Shown: positions 19,158 through 29,293, counted from the first letter of the stretch. The stretch is DNA of 64,000 nucleotides from Vulcanimicrobiota bacterium (GCA_963812155.1 CAWETW010000003.1:576001-640000), one strand, 5' to 3'. The notes: generated from the sequence alone by a model not told the origin. Numbers and translations: made by a program.

Positions 19158-20149
19158 AGCAGGGTCGCGCGTATTGGCTGCGCATCGCCGCAGCGGCACT
19201 CGGGCTCCTCGCGTTGATCGTCGTCGTCAATGTTGCCTCGCACGGCTCGTTTCTCGAGCCCGCCAACATCGTTCGCGTGTTGCGGCAGATTACGTACAAC
19301 TGCGTGCTCGGCGTCGGACAAACGTTCGTCATCATTACGGGCGGCATCGACTTGTCGGTCGGCTCGCTCGTCGCACTGACCGGGGTCGTCGCGGCGCTGG
19401 TCGCAAACACGCTGCATCTGAGCGGCTTCGCACTGATCGTCGTGACGCTGCTCGTTGCCGTCGCCGTCGGCGGCGCGGCCGGCTGGATCAACGCGCTGCC
19501 GGTCGTCAAGCTCAATCTGCCGCCGTTCATTACGACGCTCGCGATGCTCGAAATGGCGCTCGGACTCTCGTTCATTCTCGCCCACGGGCGCCCGGTCGCG
19601 CTGCATAGCACCGATTTTCAACATACCGGCATCGGTTCGTTCCTCGGCGGCGTGACCGGCGCGTTACACTTGCCGGCGATTCCCGTACCCGTCATCTGGA
19701 TGGCCGTTATCGTCATTGCGGCTTCCGTGCTGCTCACGCGTACGCGCTTCGGGCGCTACGTTTTTGCGATCGGCGGCAACGAAGAAGCGGCGCGGCTTGC
19801 CGGCATCAACGTCGTACGCGTGAAGACGCTCGTCTACGTCATCAGCGGCGTCTGCGCCGCCATCGTCGGCTTTCTCTACATGGCGCTCTTCTCGTCGGGT
19901 TCGCCGCAAACCGGCACCGGCGACGAACTCCTGGAGTCGATCGCCGCCGTCGTCGTGGGCGGCACGAGCCTCACCGGAGGACGCGGCAGCATCGTCGGCA
20001 CGTTCTTCGGCGCACTGCTCATCGGGGTGCTCTACAACGCGATGAATCTACTCAACGTCGATTCGTACTTGCAGAAGGTCGTGCTCGGCGCCGTCATTCT
20101 TCTCGCCGTCGTCCTCGACGAACTCCGCAAACGCTATCTATCGAAGTAG
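19154..20149 (+). CDS. Sugar ABC transporter permease (RbsC-like)
   Basis: GGIDLSVGS, TRFGRYVFAIGGNEEAARLAGI, IAAVVVGGTSL. Confidence 0.95.
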   Translation: MKQGRAYWLRIAAAALGLLALIVVVNVASHGSFLEPANIVRVLRQITYNCVLGVGQTFVIITGGIDLSVGSLVALTGVVAALVANTLHLSGFALIVVTLLVAVAVGGAAGWINALPVVKLNLPPFITTLAMLEMALGLSFILAHGRPVALHSTDFQHTGIGSFLGGVTGALHLPAIPVPVIWMAVIVIAASVLLTRTRFGRYVFAIGGNEEAARLAGINVVRVKTLVYVISGVCAAIVGFLYMALFSSGSPQTGTGDELLESIAAVVVGGTSLTGGRGSIVGTFFGALLIGVLYNAMNLLNVDSYLQKVVLGAVILLAVVLDELRKRYLSK

Positions 20150-20158
20150 CCGGCGGCA

Positions 20159-20208
20159 CTTCGACTTCCACGTGCTGCGCAGCTGCGCACGCTGCGCTCA
20201 GCGTGACA
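20159..20208. repeat. REP-like palindromic element, copy 2 (partial)
   Basis: Shares CTTCGACTT...CGTGC...GCACGCTGCGCTCAG with the 10112 element; lies between convergent genes. Confidence 0.55.
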
Positions 20209-20218
20209 CCAATACTTC

Positions 20219-20899
20219 CTAAAACGGGAAGTCGTTTTGGGTGAGGCCAGTATTCGTTTTTAGTTCGGTGATGCTCTGGTCGAGCACGATCTGCGAGCCG
20301 GCGTAGAGGATTTGCCGAATCGGCCAGTGCGTGGTTTGCGACAGGTACATGATTTCTTCGCTGATGCCGTCGTTGGCCGCCGGGTCGGCAACCTTCAGGT
20401 CGAGGCGATCGGTCGCGACGCCGCCGATTTTTCCGCCGGCCGCCTGCGAAAGCGTGCCGGCCGTCGTCGCGTAGCGATGCACGACGTTCTGAATCAAGCC
20501 TTCGGGAATCGTTACGCCGCGCAGCGAGACCGCCCGCGGATCGTGCACGCTCACCTTCAGGTGAATGCCCGAGAGAATACCGCCTTGATGGCCGCTCACC
20601 TGATCGCCGCCGGCCCACACGCCGCCGGAGCCCTTGCCGTCGCCGGACACGATCAGCGTCTTGGCAAAATGCGGCTTCATAAACCACACTTGATAGACGC
20701 GGTCCTGCGAGGATGTTCCCTTCGCCTCGTGCACGTGCTGTATGCACTCGTAGTCGTTGACCGCGGCGAACGCCTGCTCGAAGGCGGTAATCGCCGGGGC
20801 GGTATTCTCGGCGCGCGCGGGTACGCCGGCTCGCAGTGCGAGCGCAAAAATGACCGCGCTCGTAGCCGCAAACGTGAAAAGAACTCGCCCAGCCTGCAT
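20219..20899 (-). CDS. Secreted LolA-like/outer-membrane lipoprotein-sorting fold protein
   Basis: Signal peptide; VWFMKPHFAK; C-terminal LKTNTGLTQNDF; GGAGG RBS. Confidence 0.65.
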   Translation of the reverse strand: MQAGRVLFTFAATSAVIFALALRAGVPARAENTAPAITAFEQAFAAVNDYECIQHVHEAKGTSSQDRVYQVWFMKPHFAKTLIVSGDGKGSGGVWAGGDQVSGHQGGILSGIHLKVSVHDPRAVSLRGVTIPEGLIQNVVHRYATTAGTLSQAAGGKIGGVATDRLDLKVADPAANDGISEEIMYLSQTTHWPIRQILYAGSQIVLDQSITELKTNTGLTQNDFPF

Positions 20900-20910
20900 G
20901 AAACCTCCGT

Positions 20911-21519
20911 CTAGATCGGCTCTTCGCCGAGAAGCGTACCGTGTTTCCCTTCGACGCCGATGAGCACGTCGCATTTTGCCTCGGCGGCGATGTCTTGAAC
21001 GGTTCCCCCGAGTCGGGCGCCGCTATATTTTCCTTCGAGATAGGAGCCGAGAATAATGAGATCGGCTTTTTCGCGCTTAGCGATGCTGAGCACCGCTTCT
21101 TTGGTCGATCGCACCTTCTCAATCTCGGTGTGGAGGGTGACGTTGCTACTATTGGCGATCGTTTCGGCCGCGCCGAGCGCGTCGAGCGCGGCGCGCTCTT
21201 CGTCGGGCATTTCGGCGTCGGGCGGCAGCGTCAGCGGCACCTCGATGACGTAGATCGCCAGCAGTTCCGAGCGCTCGCCGCGCGCGAGCTTCACGGCGAG
21301 CGCCATCATGTGGCGCGAGTTGATTTCGGGAGAAAACACGACGATGATGCTCCCGACCATGCGTTTGAGCTCGGCTCGCGTTTCGGCCGCAAGTTTCTGA
21401 ACCGAGGACTTCGGGACGTGCAGCATCCACGACAGAATCCAAACCACGCCCAGCGCGATGAACACGGCGGCGAGAATGCCGGCCGGAGCGAGGGTAAGCG
21501 TCACCGGCGTGATCGCCAT
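20911..21519 (-). CDS. Universal stress protein with N-terminal TM anchor
   Basis: AIYVIEVP, ADLIILG, LGGTVQDIAAEAKCDVLI. Confidence 0.88.
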   Translation of the reverse strand: MAITPVTLTLAPAGILAAVFIALGVVWILSWMLHVPKSSVQKLAAETRAELKRMVGSIIVVFSPEINSRHMMALAVKLARGERSELLAIYVIEVPLTLPPDAEMPDEERAALDALGAAETIANSSNVTLHTEIEKVRSTKEAVLSIAKREKADLIILGSYLEGKYSGARLGGTVQDIAAEAKCDVLIGVEGKHGTLLGEEPI

Positions 21520-21707
21520 CACTGCGCGGGCCCGCGACGCGTGCGCGCGATCAAGCTGAGCCGGTGAACGCCGAGCGCGATCATTGCTAGGCCTAAGACG
21601 AATCCCGGCAGACTCTCGGCGTGAAAGCCCAACGCCGCGACGCGCACGACGACGATCGCCCCGACGACCGTCATCGCAACGGCCAGGACGCCGCGAACCG
21701 CAATCAC
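21519..21707 (-). CDS. Small two-TM membrane protein
   Basis: 62 aa, two hydrophobic helices, start/stop overlaps with both neighbours. Confidence 0.75.
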   Translation of the reverse strand: MIAVRGVLAVAMTVVGAIVVVRVAALGFHAESLPGFVLGLAMIALGVHRLSLIARTRRGPAQ

Positions 21708-23326
21708 CCGGCGCCTCCGGCCCGAGCGCGCCGTTCGTTACTCGCCTTGACGTTGGCGATGTACTCGTCCATGAGTTCGAGTTCGCCGGCGTTGCGAAGG
21801 ATTTCGACTTGCAGTTTGCGCCATTCGCGTTTCTGCGAGCCGAACAGCGGCAGACCTCGATGGCTGCGATAGACGAAATACGCGACGATGCCGACGACGA
21901 GCCAGGTCGGGCCGGCAATCCGGCCGATCGGGTGCGTGAAGAGCGTGAAGATCAGAATCGAGACGATGCCGATGAATCCCAGCACGGCGACGATGGGGAA
22001 TTCCGCCTGCTCTCCGTTGACGCGCACCGGCACGTTGAGCGGAATCTTAAACTTGCGCGGGCTGAGCGGGTCGTAGAGCCGCAGCGCGATCAGCGCCAGG
22101 AACACGAACGAATAGCTCGTGGCAGCGCCGAACGCGTAGAGGTCGGCAAGAAAGTCGAGCCCGGTTTCGTGCCGGAAAAAGCGTCCGTACACGTCGTTCG
22201 CGCCCGGAAAAAGCGACGGAAAGGCTGCGAAGATCAGTTCGAGGATCGCGATGCCGCCGAAGGTCATGATCGAAATCATCGGCGTGCGATAACGCGGGTG
22301 AACGCGCTGGAAGATCGACGGCAAGAGATTGGAACTGCTCATCGCGTAGGCGATGCGCGAGCTGCCGAAGACGCCGGAGTTCGACGATATCAGCAGCAGC
22401 ACGGCCCCCAGCACCGGCACGTAAAACGCCGCTATCGCTCCAAAGTACGGAATTTGGCTCGCCAGAAGCGCGACCGCCTTGCCCTGGTTATCGCCGTTGT
22501 TCGGAAAGATTTGCCAGAACTGGACCGGATGGCCGTTGAGCATCTGCTGATGCCAGGGCTGGAAACCGAGCGCGAGATTCGAGTACGACAGTGCGAAGAT
22601 GAGAATCGTGAGAATCAGCGCGATCGAGGTGCGCGGAATGACCGAGGCCGGGCGCTGGGTTTCCTGGGCCGCCTGCGATATGGATTCGAGGCCGACGAAC
22701 GAGATGATCGCCAACGACGTTCCCAGCATCAACTGGTAGGGTGACGGCCAATGGAACTGCATGTTGTGCACCAGCAGCTGCGGCCGGAACGCGAACAGAA
22801 AACCGAAGCAGAGTATGCTCGTTTCGCTGACGACGTCGAGTCCCGAAACGAAGCCGTTGAACGCCGTGCTTTCGCGCACGCCGACGACGTTGAGCGCGAC
22901 CAATCCTACGATGAGCGTCAGGGTAACGAGAAAGTGCACCCAAGGATGGGTCGAGCCGGTGAGCACCGGAAGCAGCTGACTCGAATAGTCGACGCACGTC
23001 CAGGCGAAGAGCGTGATGTCGATCGTGAAATCGAGCAGCACGGTCCAGCCCGCAATGAAACCGAAGATGTCGCCCAGGCCGCGCAGGACGAAGTATTGAC
23101 CGCCTCCCGCGACCGGATACGCTGCCGCCAGTTCGGTGTACGCGAGGCCGATGCAGACGTAGACGATGCCCGCAAAGAGAAACGCGACGTTCGACGCGCC
23201 GGCCGCGGCCGCCAAAACCAGGCCCAGCCCGACGAAGATATCGGCACCGACGTCCGAGTAGCCCCATGAAAAGGAGCCCCAGGGCGTGACCGCACGGCGC
23301 AGTTGGGGTTTGCTCGCAGCCGGCAT
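21704..23326 (-). CDS. APC family amino acid/cation permease
   Basis: YTELAAAYPVAGG, SFVGLESISQAAQE, SRIAYAM, HPRYRTP. Confidence 0.92.
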   Translation of the reverse strand: MPAASKPQLRRAVTPWGSFSWGYSDVGADIFVGLGLVLAAAAGASNVAFLFAGIVYVCIGLAYTELAAAYPVAGGGQYFVLRGLGDIFGFIAGWTVLLDFTIDITLFAWTCVDYSSQLLPVLTGSTHPWVHFLVTLTLIVGLVALNVVGVRESTAFNGFVSGLDVVSETSILCFGFLFAFRPQLLVHNMQFHWPSPYQLMLGTSLAIISFVGLESISQAAQETQRPASVIPRTSIALILTILIFALSYSNLALGFQPWHQQMLNGHPVQFWQIFPNNGDNQGKAVALLASQIPYFGAIAAFYVPVLGAVLLLISSNSGVFGSSRIAYAMSSSNLLPSIFQRVHPRYRTPMISIMTFGGIAILELIFAAFPSLFPGANDVYGRFFRHETGLDFLADLYAFGAATSYSFVFLALIALRLYDPLSPRKFKIPLNVPVRVNGEQAEFPIVAVLGFIGIVSILIFTLFTHPIGRIAGPTWLVVGIVAYFVYRSHRGLPLFGSQKREWRKLQVEILRNAGELELMDEYIANVKASNERRARAGGAG

Positions 23327-23341
23327 GCGCCTCCGAAGATC

Positions 23342-23686
23342 CTAAAACGCGTTCCGGTGGAGTCGTAGACGCTCGCCGTTGACCGCAACCACGTCGAAGC
23401 GTATTTTGGCCGCGGGCGCGACGACCTGCGCGTAGTCTGCGGCGGCCCGGCGAAGTGCGGCGCGTTTGCGGGCGTTGACGGCCGAGAGTGCCGATCCGAA
23501 CCGCAGCGAGTCGCGCCGCTTGACCTCCACGATCACCAGGGTCGTGCCGTCGAGACAGACGGCGTCGATTTCGCCGCCGGGCACGCGCACGTTGCGCGCG
23601 ACGATGCGGTATCCGCAGGCCTGAAGGAATGCGGCGGCGCGCTCTTCGCCGTCGCGGCCCTTCGGGACGTTAGCCGAATCCGGCAT
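23342..23686 (-). CDS. yraN: YraN family endonuclease (UPF0102)
   Basis: GEERAAAFL..GY, GEIDAV, VEVK, RFDVV. Confidence 0.9.
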   Translation of the reverse strand: MPDSANVPKGRDGEERAAAFLQACGYRIVARNVRVPGGEIDAVCLDGTTLVIVEVKRRDSLRFGSALSAVNARKRAALRRAAADYAQVVAPAAKIRFDVVAVNGERLRLHRNAF

Positions 23687-24359
23687 CGAACTCAAACGCA
23701 ATTTGTGCGTCGCGTACCCGCGCCCAGTTGGCGCGATGATGCACGCACGGCCCGAAGCGGCTCAGGGCGTCGATGTGCGCGGGCGTTGCGTATCCCTTGT
23801 GCAGCGCAAAACCGTAACGCGGATCTTCACGGTCGAGCTCGACCAGCAGCGCATCGCGATACACTTTCGCAACGATCGACGCGGCGGCGACAACGGCGCA
23901 GCGCGCGTCTCCGCGAATCAACGGTTCTTGCGGCCCGGCAAACGAGCGAATCCGGACCGCGTCGGTAATCAAGTATTCGGGATGTGCCGAAAGCGACGCG
24001 ATCGCGCGCTCCATTGCAAGCACGCTCGCCCAATAGATGTTGAGGCGGTCGATTTCGGCGACGCTTGCGACGCCGACGGCCCATGCCGACGCACGCGCTT
24101 TGATCGTTTCGGCGATTTCGAGGCGCTGCTCGGGACGCACGAGCTTCGAATCGTTGAGGCCGCGGATGAAGAGCGGCTCGCCGGCAACCACGCATGCAGC
24201 TACGACGGGACCTGCCAATGGACCGCGCCCCACTTCGTCGACGCCGCCGACGAGCGTAAAGCCGCGATCGCGCGCCGCGCTTTCGAAGCGGTGCAGGCGG
24301 TGCAGCCTGCGCCGTTCGCGCTCGTAGGCGTTCTTGGCCTTACGCTGCTTAGGCGTCAT
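23670..24359 (-). CDS. rnhB: Ribonuclease HII
   Basis: GVDEVGRGPLAGPV, LNDSK, AAASIVAKVYRD, HKGY. Confidence 0.96.
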   Translation of the reverse strand: MTPKQRKAKNAYERERRRLHRLHRFESAARDRGFTLVGGVDEVGRGPLAGPVVAACVVAGEPLFIRGLNDSKLVRPEQRLEIAETIKARASAWAVGVASVAEIDRLNIYWASVLAMERAIASLSAHPEYLITDAVRIRSFAGPQEPLIRGDARCAVVAAASIVAKVYRDALLVELDREDPRYGFALHKGYATPAHIDALSRFGPCVHHRANWARVRDAQIAFEFDAGFG

Positions 24360-25155
24360 GCCCGGGCGATTCGAAAGAAATCCGTCCGAACGTGCCGTCG
24401 TCGAACGCGCTGATGTACGAACGGGCCGCATTGTGATAGTCGATCTCGCCGCCGCGGCGCATGAATCCGCGGGCGCCGGCAAACGCGGCGAGATCCGGGA
24501 CGCGCGTACGCGGCCGGTGCTCGAGCAGCCAGCCATGAAACGCGTCCACCACCTCCTCCGGGTCGTAGCGCTCGTGCGGCAACGCGCCGCAAATCGCGAG
24601 CATCCACTGCGCCTCTTTGCCGGCGATTTTCGGCACGAGGATGCCGGGGGTGTCCATCAACTCGACGCCCGGTGCCATGCGAAACCACTGCAGTTGCCGC
24701 GTGACGCCGGCGCGATTTTCGGTTTTGGCGGCGGCCCGGCGCAGCAAGCCGTTGACGATCGACGATTTTCCGGAGTTGGGAAGACCGACGACCAGCGCGC
24801 GCGCCGAACCCGTGCGCTTTTCTGCCGACCGCGCGATCGCGGCGGCGATGCGTGCGACGCTTTGCTGGGAACGGGCATCGGCGCCCAGTGCTTCGAGACC
24901 GCCTTGCGCAAACGCGCGAATCCAGGCTTTGGTCGTCGCGGGATCGGCCAGATCTTCGCGCGTCAACACGAGTACGCGGGCGCGCTTTCCAGCCAACGCG
25001 TCGAGTGCCGGGTTGCGCCCGCTGCGCGGAACTCGCGCGTCAGCGACCTCGACGACGATGTCGACGAGCTTCACGTACTCGCCAAGACGCCGCATGGCGC
25101 GTGCCATGTGGCCGGGATACCATTGAACGACGCGCTCGAGTCCGGCGGTCACCAC
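24349..25155 (-). CDS. rbgA: Ribosome biogenesis GTPase RbgA/YlqF
   Basis: QWYPGHM, DARVP, GLPNSGKSS, DTPG. Confidence 0.95.
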   Translation of the reverse strand: MVTAGLERVVQWYPGHMARAMRRLGEYVKLVDIVVEVADARVPRSGRNPALDALAGKRARVLVLTREDLADPATTKAWIRAFAQGGLEALGADARSQQSVARIAAAIARSAEKRTGSARALVVGLPNSGKSSIVNGLLRRAAAKTENRAGVTRQLQWFRMAPGVELMDTPGILVPKIAGKEAQWMLAICGALPHERYDPEEVVDAFHGWLLEHRPRTRVPDLAAFAGARGFMRRGGEIDYHNAARSYISAFDDGTFGRISFESPGHDA

Positions 25156-25161
25156 GAATTC

Positions 25162-25668
25162 CTACAGAGTGCCCACGGCCGCAGGCGGCCAGACGCCGGC
25201 CAGGGCGCGTCCGATGAGACGGTCATCCGTCACGGTTCCGAAAAAGCGCGAGTCTTCGCTGTCGGCGCGATTGTCGCCGAGCACGTAGACCGCACGTGCC
25301 GGCACGACGATTTCGGCAAAACTGCGGTCGTCGGCGAAGCGCACGTACGGTTCGCTCAGCGGCCGGCCGTCGATCGATACGGCGCCGCGATCGATGCGCA
25401 CGCGCTCGCCCGGGAGCCCGACCACGCGTTTGATGAAAATCGCTCGAGCGTCGTCGCTGCGAAACGCCACGATATCGCCGCGTTTCGGCGGCGCGAGGCG
25501 ATATGCAAACGTGTTGATCACTACGTATTCGCCGGAGGCAATGTGCGGCGCCATCGAAAGTCCCGAGACTTGCGGCATGCGCACGAAGAATGCCGCAATT
25601 AAAAGCGTGAGAATCGCCAGCTGCAATGCCAGATTCGCGAACGAGCGCCACGGCAGCGATCGGGCCAC
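25162..25668 (-). CDS. lepB: Signal peptidase I (paralog 3)
   Basis: SMAP, IKRVVGLPG, GDNRADSEDSR. Confidence 0.92.
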   Translation of the reverse strand: MARSLPWRSFANLALQLAILTLLIAAFFVRMPQVSGLSMAPHIASGEYVVINTFAYRLAPPKRGDIVAFRSDDARAIFIKRVVGLPGERVRIDRGAVSIDGRPLSEPYVRFADDRSFAEIVVPARAVYVLGDNRADSEDSRFFGTVTDDRLIGRALAGVWPPAAVGTL

Positions 25669-25688
25669 GAACCGCTACGTTCGCGGCG

Positions 25689-26423
25689 TTAGAGGGTGCG
25701 GGCCTGCGACGGCGGCCAGAAGATGACGAACGCGCGGCCGGTGAAACCGGCGGCTTCGCCCGCACGCGCGCCGCTGGCGAAACGGCCGGCATCCTGCGCG
25801 AATCCCCACACGTGCGAGTCTTCAGAGTCGTTGCGGTTATCTCCGAACATCACGTAGCAGTGCGGCGGAATACGATCCGGTGCCGTCCACATCGAGCGGG
25901 GCGGAACGTTCGCGGTGCTCGAGTCGAGCTTTTCCCAGCCTGCGCCCTCGCGCACGTAGATGCCGTAATCGCGGATTTGCAGCGCGTAGTCGGGGCGCTC
26001 TGCGACGTAGGGTTCCGAGAGTGCCGTACCGTTGACGTAGACTCGGCCTCCGGCGACGCTCAAGCGATCGCCCGGAAGTCCGACGACCCGTTTGATGAAG
26101 TCGTCGGGCGTCGGAACCGGCGGCGGAAAAACGACGATGTCGCTGCGATGGGGCGGATGAAACCGGTATTCGAACTTGTCAACCAGCAACACGTCGTGTA
26201 TCTGCAGCGTCGGGAGCATCGATCCCGACGGAATGTAGTAGGTCCGGGCGACGAACGTGATCAGCACCCATGCCGCCAAGCCGGCAATGATGAAGGGATC
26301 GAGAAACTCGCGTGCCAGGGCGGTGCTGCGGCCGTTCGACCCGGCAACGACCGGACGCAGCGAGAGCACGACGCGCGTCACGGCAATGACCGCCACGATG
26401 GCGAGCAGCTCTTGAGGCGTCAC
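25689..26423 (-). CDS. lepB: Signal peptidase I (paralog 2)
   Basis: IPSGSMLPTL, IKRVVGLPGD, GDNRNDSEDSH. Confidence 0.94.
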   Translation of the reverse strand: MTPQELLAIVAVIAVTRVVLSLRPVVAGSNGRSTALAREFLDPFIIAGLAAWVLITFVARTYYIPSGSMLPTLQIHDVLLVDKFEYRFHPPHRSDIVVFPPPVPTPDDFIKRVVGLPGDRLSVAGGRVYVNGTALSEPYVAERPDYALQIRDYGIYVREGAGWEKLDSSTANVPPRSMWTAPDRIPPHCYVMFGDNRNDSEDSHVWGFAQDAGRFASGARAGEAAGFTGRAFVIFWPPSQARTL

Positions 26424-27151
26424 CGCACCACCTGCAGGCGGCTCAACGGCCAGAAAATCGCAAAAACGCGGCCGGCGAAGCCGGCGCGACGGCCGGCCAG
26501 GGGCCCTGTGGAAAACGTGCCGTTCGATTGCGCGAAGCCCCAGACGTGCGAGTCGTCGGAGTAGTTGCGATTATCGCCGAGCATCAAATAGTAACCGTCG
26601 GGAATTCGATTGGGCGCCCGCCATTGCGACCGCGGGGGGACGTTGGCGTTATGCGGATCCAGCGCGACCCCGTCGACGTAGATGCCGTAGCGCTCGATGC
26701 GCAGGTCGTAGCGCGGCGGCTGGTTTTCGTACGGTTCGCGCAACGCGATGCCGTTGCGATACACGACGCCGTCGGCGATGCGCATGGTCTCGCCGGGCGT
26801 TCCGATCACGCGCTTCACGAACTCATCGCCGTTCGACGGCACCGGCGGCGTGAAGATCGCAACGTCGCCGTCCTGTGGTGCGTGAAAGCGATAGGCGATT
26901 TCGTCCGCGATCAAGACGTCGCCGACCTTTAAGGTCGGCACCATTGAAACCGACGGAATGTAAAACGTGCGAAGAACGAAGGTGAGGAGGAAGAGTGCGG
27001 CGAGGCCGGCGACCAGCAGCGCGTCGAGATACTCGCGAACCGCCGCCACTGCGGGCGACGGCCGGTTGACCGACGTAAACGGCTTGGTCGAGAGAGCGAG
27101 TCGGGCGATGGCGAAAGCGCAGAGAAGTCCTAGAAGCTGCAGCGGCGTTAC
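26420..27151 (-). CDS. lepB: Signal peptidase I (paralog 1); start uncertain (GTA 27151, CTG, or GTG 27049)
   Basis: [27 protein letters not shown]; upstream in-frame xTPLQLLG aligns with MTPQELLA of paralog 2. Confidence 0.9.
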   Translation of the reverse strand, partial: VTPLQLLGLLCAFAIARLALSTKPFTSVNRPSPAVAAVREYLDALLVAGLAALFLLTFVLRTFYIPSVSMVPTLKVGDVLIADEIAYRFHAPQDGDVAIFTPPVPSNGDEFVKRVIGTPGETMRIADGVVYRNGIALREPYENQPPRYDLRIERYGIYVDGVALDPHNANVPPRSQWRAPNRIPDGYYLMLGDNRNYSDDSHVWGFAQSNGTFSTGPLAGRRAGFAGRVFAIFWPLSRLQVVR

Positions 27152-27498
27152 TTGACGAGCTTCTTTTCTTTGATGCGCGCGGCTTTGCCGATCTTCTCGC
27201 TGAGATAGTAGAGCCGGCTGCGCCGGACGACGCCGCGCTTGCCGACTTCGATTTTCTCGACGCGTGGGCTGTGAACGAGAAACGTCTTCTCGACGCCGAC
27301 GCCGTGCGCGACGCGGCGCACCGTGATCGAGGCGCGTGCTCCGCCGCCTTTGCGCACCATGACGACGCCCTCGAACATCTGCGTGCGTTCCTTGCCGCCC
27401 TCGACGACTTTGGAATAGACTTTAATCGTATCCCCCGGACGAAATGCGGGGACCCCGTCTTTGACTTGGTCGGCGTTCAGGGCATCAATGGCGTTCAT
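27148..27498 (-). CDS. rplS: 50S ribosomal protein L19
   Basis: [31 protein letters not shown]. Confidence 0.98.
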   Translation of the reverse strand: MNAIDALNADQVKDGVPAFRPGDTIKVYSKVVEGGKERTQMFEGVVMVRKGGGARASITVRRVAHGVGVEKTFLVHSPRVEKIEVGKRGVVRRSRLYYLSEKIGKAARIKEKKLVK

Positions 27499-27563
27499 GC
27501 TCGTACTTCTTCAGATAAAAAGCGAAGCCGGGCGAAGCCGGCGGTGAAAACAAACCACGCGGT

Positions 27564-27592
27564 ATAGTATCACGGCGCATCTTCCCCGACAA
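27564..27592 (-). promoter_or_regulatory. Sigma-70-type promoter for rplS
   Basis: TTGTCG-17 nt-TACTAT with extended TGn. Confidence 0.6.
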
Positions 27593-28272
27593 GGTCGGGA
27601 CGCCGCGCGACCGTGCGCCGGCGGGATTCTTCCCGCCGCCACTCCGCGATTTTGGCGTGGTCGCCGGAGAGGAGCACTTCGGGAACCCCGACGCCGCGAA
27701 ACACCGGCGGCCGTGTAAAGCTGGGGTAATCGAGCAGGCCTTCCGCGCCGGAGAATGACTCCGAGGCGAGCGACTCCTGCCGCAACGCGCCCGGCCAGCA
27801 GCCGCACGGTCGCGTCGAGGATCGCCAGCGCGGGAATCTCGCCGCCCGTGAGGACGAAGTCGCCGAGCGAGTATTCCTCGATGGGATACAGGGCCGCGAG
27901 GCGATCGTCGATACCCTCGTAGTGACCGCATACGATGATGAGCCGCTCCAGGCTCGCGAACCGCTGCGCGTCGCTTTGGCGCAACGGCCGGCCGCTCGGG
28001 CTGGGGACGACGATGGCGCGCCGCTCGGCCGTTTCGGGTGCCTCGGCGAGCAGCCGGTCCAGGCAGCGCGCGATCGGCTCGAGGCGCAAGACCATTCCGG
28101 CGCCTCCCCCAAACGGGGCCGCGTCGGCGCGCTCGCCGGCTTCCAACTCGTCGAGCAGGTGATGGTAGCGGACGCGCACGCGTCCGGCCTCGACCGCCCG
28201 GCCCACGATCGAGAGGCCGACGAACGGTGCGAACACCTCCGGAAAGAGCGAAACGACGTCGATCGTGAACAT
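27570..28272 (-). CDS. trmD: tRNA (guanine37-N1)-methyltransferase, frameshifted near 27795
   Basis: [27 protein letters not shown] in one frame; [20 protein letters not shown] in the other. Confidence 0.93.
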
Positions 28273-28279
28273 GAGAAGA

Positions 28280-28765
28280 ATGTTCCGGCTGGGCCCCCGA
28301 TTCGCTTCCGCGCGAGATCCCGATCGTTACGCCGCGGCGCTCGAGGCGCTCGAGCGGCGCGACTTCGAGCGCGCCGAGCGCGAACTGAACGGCCTGCTGG
28401 CGGCGTGCGAGGCGCCGGCCGATCGCGCGTTTGCGCTGAACAAGCGCGGCGTGGCGCGCGCCGGGCTCGGGCAGGTGCAGGCGGCCCGCGACGATTTCAC
28501 CGCAGCGCTGGCCTGCGTTCCGCGTTACGCGCCGGCACTGACCAATCTCGGGAACGTGTTATTGGAAGAGGGAGCGCTCGACGCGGCGATCGCGCGTTAC
28601 GAGGAGGCGATTGCGGCCGATCCGCAATACGCGATCGCGCATCTCAATCTTGGAACGGCATACAAACGCGCCGGCCGGTTCGACGAAGGCGTGCGCGCCT
28701 TGCGCGCGGCGCAGCGATTGGAGAAAACGCGGCTCAGCGACGCGTTCGGGCGTCGACGGTCGTGA
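28280..28765 (+). CDS. TPR protein (start 28271 or 28280)
   Basis: [20 protein letters not shown] repeats. Confidence 0.85.
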   Translation: MFRLGPRFASARDPDRYAAALEALERRDFERAERELNGLLAACEAPADRAFALNKRGVARAGLGQVQAARDDFTAALACVPRYAPALTNLGNVLLEEGALDAAIARYEEAIAADPQYAIAHLNLGTAYKRAGRFDEGVRALRAAQRLEKTRLSDAFGRRRS

Positions 28766-29207
28766 TTTCGTCGAGGTATTCGAAGAGTTCGGGAAGCGTG
28801 ATGCTTTCCAGTGCGGTTCGATCGCGAATACGCTCTTCGTCTTCACCTTCGTCGCGAATGTAGCACCGAGTTTCGACGCCCTTTTCGTCGTCGCAGACGA
28901 ACGACACCGCAAAGGCGCGCCCTGACGTCTCGTCGTAGATGCGCATCGTTTGCGGGTTGACGATTTCGACCGAGTGGGCTTGATGGCGCGCATCGAAAAT
29001 CAAGATGCGCAAATGTTCGTAGTTGGTTACTTCGATGGACCCGACCAGGAAAACGTTCTTCGCCGAAAAGAACTCCTGACCGCGCTTGTTGCGGCTCGAA
29101 ACTTCGTAGAACACATGGTGCGCTACGAACCGGTTGAGAATCTTTCGCAGCGTCGCCAGCGTTGCCAGCGTCTCGGTGCGATTGCCGCGGGTATAGATGA
29201 TTTTCAC
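28734..29207 (-). CDS. Hypothetical protein
   Basis: Globular-looking 157-aa ORF from GTG 29207 (VKIIYTRGNR...); no motif recognised. Confidence 0.7.
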   Translation of the reverse strand: MKIIYTRGNRTETLATLATLRKILNRFVAHHVFYEVSSRNKRGQEFFSAKNVFLVGSIEVTNYEHLRILIFDARHQAHSVEIVNPQTMRIYDETSGRAFAVSFVCDDEKGVETRCYIRDEGEDEERIRDRTALESITLPELFEYLDEITTVDARTRR

Positions 29208-29293
29208 GAGCGGACACGGTTGCTTGCACGCTTTGGCAGGCGAGACCTGCCGCGGCAGGCCAAATGGCAAGCCGAAACGGACTCTTGAGAGCC

